NCBI RefSeq assembly: GCF_000738915.1
Contig: NW_026515634.1
Coordinates: forward strand, 248,001-312,000
Direction: 5' to 3'
From: Nematocida ausubeli
Lineage: Eukaryota
DNA: 64,000 nt
The notes below the pieces were generated by a model. That model was not told the origin of the DNA, searched no databases, and saw nothing but the letters and a program-made list of their open reading frames with translations. Position 1 is the stretch's first letter. Each line of letters opens with the position of its first letter. This document shows positions 31,144-40,199 of the stretch, in pieces. The translations under genes were made by a program, and so were the position numbers.

Positions 31144-31698
31144 CTACTTTGCATGCCTTACAATCCACTCCTCCACAGCTGCAAAGTTAGACAGTGTTAG
31201 TGAAGAGATCGAGTAGCACGATATGTCTTTCCCCAGAAAAGAGTCCAAGCTCAGCTGCAGCGCAATGTCCTGGCAGCTTGTAAACCCATCTATGTCGTTG
31301 TGTGTGCACAGGATGAGAATGGGAAGCTTCTTTCGCTTGTTTTTATTAAGAAGCCCCTGCAGCATTGACTTTGCGTCAACAAAGCTCTGTGGGTTGGATG
31401 AATCTACAAAGAAAATAAGCGCATTCGAGTTTCGGTAGCTAAAATCTCGAAGGTTGCTGTACTCTGCAGCCCCGCCTATGTCAAAGAAGGTTCCCCGAAT
31501 TCCATTCTTTGTGAAGTGCAGCATGCGAGAGCCAATTGTTACAGGCTCTTTTTTCAAAACCTTTCTATCTGTGAAGGCTTTATAAAAGGATGTTTTTCCA
31601 GATCTGGAGGGCCCGCATAGACATATCTTTATTTTCTTTCCAAAAAAATAGTAAACTAGACAATTTTTTGTCTGCACAATGCAGTCTGCAATGCTCAT
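31144..31698 (-). CDS. Arf-like small GTPase, Arl8-like, with atypical G3/G4
   Basis: P-loop GPSRSGKT, PVTIG, FFDIGG, and C-terminal ISCYSISS...EWIVRHAK similar to Arl8. Confidence 0.75.
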   Translation of the reverse strand: MSIADCIVQTKNCLVYYFFGKKIKICLCGPSRSGKTSFYKAFTDRKVLKKEPVTIGSRMLHFTKNGIRGTFFDIGGAAEYSNLRDFSYRNSNALIFFVDSSNPQSFVDAKSMLQGLLNKNKRKKLPILILCTHNDIDGFTSCQDIALQLSLDSFLGKDISCYSISSLTLSNFAAVEEWIVRHAK

Positions 31699-31797
31699 TT
31701 TTCTTTTAAAGAAACTCCGAATTTAAGCAAAAATCTGACCAATAGGAGAATATGCACAGCTCTGGTGATCTTTTATGTTTTTATTTTACAAAAAATA

Positions 31798-32286
31798 ATG
31801 AATAGCATATTTATAGCCATTGTTGTTTGCATAGTGGCCTTACTTGCAGCTGTGCTGGCCTTTAGACAGCCGCCAAAGAAAAGAAGGCAAATTGTTATAA
31901 TTGGAAAGAAGGGCACAGGAAAGACCCGGCTATTTTTAGCTCTTTCCAATAAAAACAAGGAGGGCATTCGGACGATTCCATCTGTCGATCCGTCTAAGGA
32001 ATTATTAGGGCGCGCTGCGGTGCTTGTGGACCTTCCAGGGGCAGACTCCTTTGAGAGTCTCAAAGACACATGGACTCTTTCCAGCAGAGACCTCATTATA
32101 TACATGCTCAACAAAAAAGAAGATGAAAACCCAAAGGGTGTTGATGCATCCATACCCATTTACAAAATATACACGGGAAAGGATGAGCCGTGGTCTCATG
32201 CAATTAAATGCATGTGCATGGAGGGTCTACTAAAAGCAGACCTAGGATCTTCAGAGATACAAAGTGTTCTGTCTAAAATACTATAA
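31798..32286 (+). CDS. SRP receptor beta-like membrane-anchored GTPase
   Basis: N-terminal TM helix followed by GKKGTGKT, TIPS and VDLPG. ATG at 31798. Confidence 0.65.
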   Translation: MNSIFIAIVVCIVALLAAVLAFRQPPKKRRQIVIIGKKGTGKTRLFLALSNKNKEGIRTIPSVDPSKELLGRAAVLVDLPGADSFESLKDTWTLSSRDLIIYMLNKKEDENPKGVDASIPIYKIYTGKDEPWSHAIKCMCMEGLLKADLGSSEIQSVLSKIL

Positions 32287-32824
32287 TAAACATGTTTTAT
32301 ATACCAACCAGATACATTGAGTGTGCTGTGTGTCTAAGCGGAAGAGTAGAAAGTAGCGTATTTTGTAAGTAGCCATTTACTATTCCTTGGCATACTGGGC
32401 TTGGGCACTCATTGAGTTATCTAAGCATAGACTTCACTCGAAGACTTTTAAAGAATATAAAGTTCTGAATACTTTTTGTAAATATGAACATGTGCCCATA
32501 AGACACATTTAGGCAAAAGTGCTATAAATATTTGGCATAGAAAGCAGAGATCACTCTAGTCCAAACAAGATATCTTAAGAAAGCATGCATCTAGTTTAAA
32601 GTACACCTTCATCTAATTCCTAAGTAAAGCCTGCATAAACTATAAAGTGCTATGCATCCCTGTTTATTCTTTTTCTCCCAGGCCTTTGCATCTTCTATGA
32701 AAAGAGAGGTATATAGTCCAGCCTGTTAGCGTGAACAGAAGAATAAAACAGCGAAGACATGCTTATGTTTGCACTTGCATGGCAGCAAACTTAAATAAAA
32801 TACGTTGTGTTGCAAATTTTTTAT

Positions 32825-34582
32825 ATGAAGAGCATAGCCACTGTGCCCACAGCAGAAGTGCTTATAGACACATGTCTCTCTCGAACAAACAGAAGAACCC
32901 CCACCGAAATACATAAACACTACCAAATTGGAAGAATTAGAGAGTTCTACACACGGAAGGTGAAGTTTACCTCCTCTATGTACGTGGACAAGCTAAACGA
33001 CATTATTAACTCTTTCCCACGTGTTGACGAGGCGCACCCCTTCACTTCAGATCTGATAAACGTGCTGTACGACAGAGACCACTACAAGATGGCGCTGGGC
33101 CACATTAAGACAGTTGCATCCTCCATTGCCCGAACAGAGAAGGAGTACACAAAGCTGATCAAGTACGGAGACTCTTTATACAGATGCAAGCAGCTGAAAA
33201 GAGCTGCTCTGGGTAAGATGTCCACGATGGCCAAGAAGCTGTCTAAGACTCTTGTGTATCTTGAGGAAGTCAGACAAAGCATCATGCGCATGCCAGACAT
33301 TGATCCAACCACGCGTACTCTCTTGATCTGCGGATACCCAAATGTGGGAAAAAGCAGCTTTATGAACACAGTCAGCCGTGCAAAGGTTGATGTGCAGCCA
33401 TATGCCTTCACCACAAGAAATCTATATGTCGGGCACTTTGACTACAAGTACCTTCGATGGCAGATAATTGACACGCCTGGTGTCCTGGACCACCCCATTG
33501 AAGACATGAACACTATTGAAATGCAAAGTGTGACAGCACTTGCCCACCTGCGTGCAGCAATTCTGTACTTTATAGATATCAGCGAAACATGCGGATACTC
33601 GGTAGAGATGCAGGTTGGTCTTTTTAGGAGTCTTTCTCCTCTGTTTGAGGGAAAGCCTGTGGTGTTTGTGCTAAGCAAGTCTGATGTCAAGAAGTTTGCA
33701 GAGCTGGACAGCGAAAGACAGGCTCTGGTGAGAGATCTGATAGGAGACTGCCCAAGTGTGGAGATATCTTCGCTTGAGGAGTGCAACGTTGATCTTGCAA
33801 AGAACACAGCATGCGAGCACCTTCTTACCCACAGAGTGGAGCTGAAGATGCAGGAGAAGCGGCTGGAGGACTTCAGGATATTCCTGGATATTAAAAAGCC
33901 AAAGATTGACCCAGAGTACAAGAGAGTTATGCAGACTGAGGAGTTTGGACAGAGAGAGTTCACACAGAGCGATCTAAGAAAAAAGGCAGAGGAGCAGGGA
34001 ATCAAGTTCTTCTCGGACTTGAATGCGCAGTACTTTATAAGAGATGAGTGGAAGTACAACCCAATTCCAGAGATATTTAACGGAAAGAACATTGCAGACT
34101 ATGTTGACATAGATATAGAAGCCAAGCTCCAGAAGCTGGAGGAAGAGGAGGACTACTACATGCAGGAGGTGTATAACAAGGAATACGCTCTGCTGGATAA
34201 GTCAGAGTGCGATAAGAAGCAGAGAATTATGAACTCAAAGATTCTCAAGAGACTGAAGGGTCTGGACAGAGAGAGAGAAAGCCTTCCACAGCGCATGAAG
34301 ACAACTGCTCTTTGCAAGAAGAGAGATGCAATTGCAAGAGAGAGCTCAGCAGCTCCTCCAATGGAGATAGATGACCCAATGGCAGAGAGGCTGAAGCCAG
34401 CCCAGACAAGAATTGTCCCACTTACAAAGGATGAAGAAAGACGCCTGGCCCGCAGTGACAAGCACATTAAAGACAAGAAGCTTAGAGGAAGAAGAGATGA
34501 CCGAGACAGAGTACACCTTACTGAAAGGCCCATGCATCTGTTTAGTGGAAAGAGAACAAACGGAAAAGCACAAAGAAGATAA
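32825..34582 (+). CDS. NOG1: Nucleolar GTP-binding protein 1
   Basis: SRTNRRTPT, GYPNVGKSS, VQPYAFTT, DTPG.LD and IPEIFNGKNIADYVD motifs. ATG at 32825. Confidence 0.97.
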   Translation: MKSIATVPTAEVLIDTCLSRTNRRTPTEIHKHYQIGRIREFYTRKVKFTSSMYVDKLNDIINSFPRVDEAHPFTSDLINVLYDRDHYKMALGHIKTVASSIARTEKEYTKLIKYGDSLYRCKQLKRAALGKMSTMAKKLSKTLVYLEEVRQSIMRMPDIDPTTRTLLICGYPNVGKSSFMNTVSRAKVDVQPYAFTTRNLYVGHFDYKYLRWQIIDTPGVLDHPIEDMNTIEMQSVTALAHLRAAILYFIDISETCGYSVEMQVGLFRSLSPLFEGKPVVFVLSKSDVKKFAELDSERQALVRDLIGDCPSVEISSLEECNVDLAKNTACEHLLTHRVELKMQEKRLEDFRIFLDIKKPKIDPEYKRVMQTEEFGQREFTQSDLRKKAEEQGIKFFSDLNAQYFIRDEWKYNPIPEIFNGKNIADYVDIDIEAKLQKLEEEEDYYMQEVYNKEYALLDKSECDKKQRIMNSKILKRLKGLDRERESLPQRMKTTALCKKRDAIARESSAAPPMEIDDPMAERLKPAQTRIVPLTKDEERRLARSDKHIKDKKLRGRRDDRDRVHLTERPMHLFSGKRTNGKAQRR

Positions 34583-35091
34583 ATTTAATAAATCCACCAT
34601 AATAAGTACTGAACAGCATTCAGCCAAACTATGCTCTGCACTCAACAGCATGGCTCATATACCAAGCTTGCACTTCTTTGCACATGCAGCAAATCCACAT
34701 ATCCAGAAGACAACTTCTAGTTCAAATATTCCGCATGATACCTGCTTCTGTAAAGGTTTGCTTTTCTTGCAGCATCCATGGCTTAAGCTAAAACCTCTCA
34801 TCTTATGCAGAGTTCTTGTTTTAAGCTGGTGTTTTGTGAGGATGAATTAACAGCATAATGTATTCATTCTAATGTGTACAGAACTATTTGTCATTCAAGC
34901 TATAAAAGTCTTCCTTATAAGCAATACGAATAAGCATACAATGAAAAATACGTGCGAGCATGCATTTTGCAAATATATAGGCACACTTTCACTAAAAACA
35001 TAGGTTGGCTGTGCTGGAAATAGACTATACACACTCTGGTACTGCTAACTCAGTTAATACTGCTATTTTGCGGGGCATGCAGTCTTGCTAT

Positions 35092-37185
35092 TTAAGGAAT
35101 GCTTTCAAGCATGTAAAGCTTTTCTGCAACCATTGATGTTAGAAGAGAGTCTTTTCCTGTGAATATGTCCTGTATAACATCTGCTGGATTCTGTACATCT
35201 TTAATCTGCTCTATTATGCTGTTTGTTTTTCTATATGCGACAACTAGGCTCTCAGAGTCTATTTTCCCACTGACAGGCAAATTCTCTATTTTAGAGAGAA
35301 GCATTCCAGACAGATACAGCATGGTGTGTTTAAGCAAATTATGCAATATTTGTGCATGCAAATCAGCATCCTCCACTTTAGATACAAACTCAATGAAGTG
35401 GTAGATCAAGTGCTCTTTTCTTTGAGCAATTGTGCTGTCCAGAAATCTCTCAAACAGACTAAAGTCCTGCACAAGCAGCCTACTTAGAGAGTCTGCGCAC
35501 AGAAATTGCCGAACCTCCGTGCGATCTATCAAGCTATACAGCTTGCAGGTATTCCTCTCATCAAGAAGCCGCACCATGGTTGAAACTATCTCCTCGTATG
35601 TCCCCATTGCATGCGTTTTAACTGCATCTATCAGGTCAATGGCCATCTCTATCTCTTCATTGTGCAGAAAGTAGAACAAAGCCCGCTCTACACTTGTTTT
35701 GTACTCTGGTGTTTCTGAGAATAAGCCAAATACCAAAGAAAATGGAAGCGCCTTTGAGAGACACAGAAGCAGCAAAATAGGGAAGATTGATTCCTTCACA
35801 AGATTCTCTTTTACAGTGTAGAGAGTGCCTGTATCAGGGTCTATCCAGAAGGGCAGCCCTGCCGATTCAGCAGCCTGCTTCTTAGAGCTCTCTGCATAGG
35901 AAAATGGCCTTTCAATACGCACTAGAGGAACAACCACCATCCCGTGCTCCCAAAAGATAAACACACTGCTTGAGGATACACCAAATACCAGATAAAGGCT
36001 GTTCTTTTTTGCAGCTGATGTAACCTGAATGCCTGTTGTGATGTATGGTTTTTCTACCTTTTCTTCTAGAGTAAAATCAGTAATCTGGTTTATGCATTGG
36101 GTTTCCATCCCTTTATGTGGAATTGCAGTGAGCTTTTTTATTTCCTTTGTGCTTATATTTACCTCTGTTATAAATAGCGAGAAAAGGGGTGTGGTTTGCT
36201 TGACAATATTCTCCTGCGAAAATATAATTACTTTCTCTTGCACAACCTCTATAGCAACAACTCCTTTGGAAAGTATAAGGCCCGGCAAGATGAATGCAAA
36301 CTTAAAGGTTTTTGTGTAATGCGCAATTGTATTCTCCTTTTTTGAGATAAATACATGCTCCTCTGTTACAAACACATTTGCTGCTGTCATGTCAAATTCT
36401 ATCTCAAAGCTTGAGTTCAGAACAAGCAGCTGCCCAGTTGTTGCCGAGAATAGATATGTGTACGCGTGTTTAGCCCAGATTCTTGATGGAGTGAACCCGT
36501 CTGGATACTTTTTAAACTGATTTCTGTACATAATCAGATCGTGGAAAGAAAGAACATGCCGCAGAGCCTTTTTGTCATAGAACAAAGAAATTATTGAGCT
36601 AGGCGCATACTCAATTGAAAGTGTGTACTTTCTCTCTGGAAGATACACCAATGCTCGGTCTGGATATAGAAAACAAAATCCTCTTGGGTATATTCTTTCA
36701 ACACTAAAGAGTAGGTACTCAATAATCGCTGAGCTCTCAGGAATGTATGTGTACAGCTTCATTTCCTGTGCGCAGTAGTAGAACCCCTCAGCATCCCCAT
36801 GACCAATGGTGAATACCTTTTGACCATGTATGTACACTGCAGGAGTGCACTTTCCTTTACTTTGTGCATCACTTCGAACAGACACACCTCTTTCCTGCAA
36901 AGGCTCTTCAAAAAGCTCCATCAGATCGCTTACGCTATATATGTGTTCTTCTTTATGCTGCTTGTTGAATATTTCAAGGTCGTATGTCTCTTTGTTTAGC
37001 GTAATGCATATATCACTCTTAGAAATGGATGAGTGAAACATAGAGGTGTGCAGGTGTAAATTTGGATATCTGTATATTTTCACGTATGTATATTTTTCTT
37101 CCGTGCTATATGTAATAAATACTGGTCCCTCTGTGAAAATAAGCTGGTCTGAAAAGAGATACTCTGCTGCTGGCTTCAATGGCAT
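35092..37185 (-). CDS. Hypothetical beta-propeller plus helical protein, possibly RIC1-like
   Basis: 697-aa ORF with a beta-rich N-part and helical C-part. Weak similarity to the RIC1 domain (FSETPEYKTSVERALFYFL...YEEIVSTMVR). Confidence 0.6.
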   Translation of the reverse strand: MPLKPAAEYLFSDQLIFTEGPVFITYSTEEKYTYVKIYRYPNLHLHTSMFHSSISKSDICITLNKETYDLEIFNKQHKEEHIYSVSDLMELFEEPLQERGVSVRSDAQSKGKCTPAVYIHGQKVFTIGHGDAEGFYYCAQEMKLYTYIPESSAIIEYLLFSVERIYPRGFCFLYPDRALVYLPERKYTLSIEYAPSSIISLFYDKKALRHVLSFHDLIMYRNQFKKYPDGFTPSRIWAKHAYTYLFSATTGQLLVLNSSFEIEFDMTAANVFVTEEHVFISKKENTIAHYTKTFKFAFILPGLILSKGVVAIEVVQEKVIIFSQENIVKQTTPLFSLFITEVNISTKEIKKLTAIPHKGMETQCINQITDFTLEEKVEKPYITTGIQVTSAAKKNSLYLVFGVSSSSVFIFWEHGMVVVPLVRIERPFSYAESSKKQAAESAGLPFWIDPDTGTLYTVKENLVKESIFPILLLLCLSKALPFSLVFGLFSETPEYKTSVERALFYFLHNEEIEMAIDLIDAVKTHAMGTYEEIVSTMVRLLDERNTCKLYSLIDRTEVRQFLCADSLSRLLVQDFSLFERFLDSTIAQRKEHLIYHFIEFVSKVEDADLHAQILHNLLKHTMLYLSGMLLSKIENLPVSGKIDSESLVVAYRKTNSIIEQIKDVQNPADVIQDIFTGKDSLLTSMVAEKLYMLESIP

Positions 37186-38734
37186 CTTTGTTTGTAAACT
37201 TTATTTTTACATTTATTGCTACGAACGAGAACATTCAGGTTGTATTTCCATGCGTAAAAAGTATATACAATATTCTCTGGCATTCACTCTCAACTTCTGA
37301 AAGACAGTGTACATAAATTCTTCTTTAATATATACGCGCAGAAACCCCATAGTGCTGCAGTAGTATTTGATAGAACTTCTATCTAAAGATAGAATATCCC
37401 AAAAGCCTCTCTAAAATTTATAATTCATGTGCTTTGTATAACAAACTGTGCATGTGCTTAAAAAGACTGAGATTGCGTAAAAATAAGCGGCATGGTGCCA
37501 CTCAGATATTATCTGCTAATTATTCTGGCACTTCCATACATTAGCAAAATAAAATAAAATACCATTCTTAAGAATGGCAAGATTTCTTCGTGTCTATAAG
37601 TCATATCAGGCTATTATTATCTTATTTGCGCACTAAGCACATATTATTTATTATTCTGCATATAGAAATATTTATATACTACATTATTTTTAAAGAAAGC
37701 CCAAATCTGAACTGTACTATAGAAAATAGATGGATCTTTCTGAATATTTGCACTATAGCATAAATTCTTTCTTTATCTACTGATACATCATGTAACTACT
37801 TTTTATTTCTTGGAAGAATAAATCTGTCTAGCTTGTAATCAATATGTACTCTATACAAGTAATTAGAAATAAACAAAATTATTAGCAGAAAATGAGTTTA
37901 ATAAGGAATAGGTTTATATAGTGCGAAAATAGTAGAAATCTTCTAATTTAGCTTATGTGGTAAAATAAATATTCTTTGAGCTAATTTTCTAATTAATAGT
38001 ACATGTCTCTAGTGGCTCTATATATAGTAGTAGTTTTAAATAAATTTTTGTCTTTAGTTTTCTAGTCGACAACAGTACACCTATTCAGATGTCTGCTGGA
38101 TTCTGCACTCACTATTTTTTAAAAAATATTTATGCTGCAATACTATAGTGATTTGCTTATTTCTGGCTTACAGGCAGTTTTAGCAACTGTTGTCAATAAC
38201 ACACTTCACATCTTTAAAAGCGCAACCACTGGACTGATACGCACATATGGGAATGAATCCTATCTAGATATTCTTTAAAATACTCAGAAAGAGCATGTGC
38301 AGTTCCTCACAATAAAAGCACTGTATAGGAGGCAAAGCATACATAGCCTACAGACAAAGCTGTAATTATTTGTGCTAATTATTTTCTAGAACTTATGTGA
38401 AGTGCAAATATTGTAATAAGCACATGTACTTAAACGGATTCTTGCATGTTTTTAAAGTGCACTACTCTGCAATCTTCTTTATAGGTGGTTTGCTGAAAAT
38501 AAGGGTTATACTTCAGATCTGTATTTAGCCAATTCTCTTTCTGTTTTCTTAATATGCAAATTATTTGCTCAATAGTAAGTATAATCACATGACTAAGGGA
38601 AACCAGGGGTATTATATCACCGATAATTCACCCCTTTAAGCTTCTATTGGTGTTTATTGCAATTTTCTATTTTGATTCTCCTTAGCGAATTAGATATTTT
38701 CACATATATATAGACGAATATTCTAATTAATTAT

Positions 38735-39319
38735 ATGCAGAAGTATAGAGTTGTAACTTTTTTTGTAGTATTATGTGGGCTGAAAAACATTAAATCTAGT
38801 ATGGGTATGCCCTGTAATAAAAACAATATAAGCGGTTGTGCCCAAAACCAATCACCAATGAATATAGAATGCTGTTATAAGGAAAATTGCAGTAGACCTG
38901 TTTTACAACAAGGAAACTGCGGTTATAAACCATCTTGTTTACAGGAAGATAAAAATAAAAGTTTGTGTGGTTCGGGTTCGAGTTCGGGTTCTGGTTGTGC
39001 AAATAGCAGCAAATCTGTCCATGGGAATAAACCAGAGGATAAAGCCCCTAAACATGACCATAAGCATGATCATAAGCATGGCCAGGGAGATGACCATAAA
39101 CATGATCATAAGCACGATCATGACCACAAACATGGCCTGGGAGATGACCACAAACATGACCATAAGCATGAACATGGCCAAGGAGATGTTCATGACCATG
39201 ATTTGGGGCCTTCAGCAGATTATAACAGCAAAAACCCATCAAATCCTTCGTATAACGAAGAATCACAGAGTGTGTCGCCAGACAATGAACCCGAAATAGG
39301 CAATGAGTATTCCTACTAG
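38735..39319 (+). CDS. Secreted Cys-rich / His-rich repeat protein
   Basis: Signal-like N-terminus, Cys-rich region, then KHDH/HGQGDDH repeats. Confidence 0.8.
   Translation: MQKYRVVTFFVVLCGLKNIKSSMGMPCNKNNISGCAQNQSPMNIECCYKENCSRPVLQQGNCGYKPSCLQEDKNKSLCGSGSSSGSGCANSSKSVHGNKPEDKAPKHDHKHDHKHGQGDDHKHDHKHDHDHKHGLGDDHKHDHKHEHGQGDVHDHDLGPSADYNSKNPSNPSYNEESQSVSPDNEPEIGNEYSY
39049..39202 (+). repeat. Coding tandem repeats (KHDH)n-HG(Q/L)GDDH x3
   Basis: Repeated catgaccataag/catggccagggagat units in the sequence. Confidence 0.85.
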
Positions 39320-40199
39320 TAAAGGAAAACACACTGCCAAAAACTGGGCTTTTTCGGCATCTTCACATATAGAAAATGGATTTAACGCAGTTGCTAAACT
39401 ATTTTCAAAGGGTCCTAAAGAACATTCCGACTATGGCATGTACTTATCATGACTCTGCTCTTACTTATTTAGATTATATTGTTATATTAAGTAATTACCT
39501 ACCTAAGAGTCATACATTGGGGGTATATTATACAGTTAGATCAACTTTGGAATAAAGGATCTATGAATATTCAAAAATCAATAAATAGTAAACCTTGCAT
39601 CTGAAGAACTAACAATTTTTAATTTGAGACAAACTCATATATGACTAGTAACTTCTAAGGAACAAATATTATGTATATAGAGATATTTTATATGCGTTTT
39701 CTCTTTATAGTTTATTATATTGTTCTGGCTATAGCTCTTTAGTTTTCAGCTAAATAATGCGCTTAAGCATGGCTTTTTTATTTTATGCTGCCAGTGGCTC
39801 TACTCGAAATTTCAAATAATTTTCCATCTTTAGTTTTCTTAGCTGGAAACATTTAAAATTTAAAGCTTACTAAAACATTCATAAATTTAAATGCTTTTAA
39901 AAAGTGTATTTTTTTTTCTAAAACCAAAAAGAATAAATGGCTGGATACTAAGACCAGCTAAATGCATTTATTTGCTTGTACTGTTGAAAACTTCTTTGGA
40001 CTGCTTTTTTGGCAAAAAAATTATATCTGTAATATGACTCGTCTATTCTAAGATCAAAATCACAAAAAACGTCTGTTGTAAAGTAGGCTATCTGATTGGT
40101 CTATTTTACTATCTGAAACCCATGCGCTGTAAAGTGATTATGTAAGCATCAAAGTTCTGCAAAAAATAACGCATATATAGAGAAGCACACAAGCATGCT

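Noticed and set aside
38969..38995. GGTTCG repeats resembling a tRNA T-loop
   Set aside because: Encodes the GSGSSSGSG linker; no cloverleaf. No tRNA or rRNA was recognised elsewhere.
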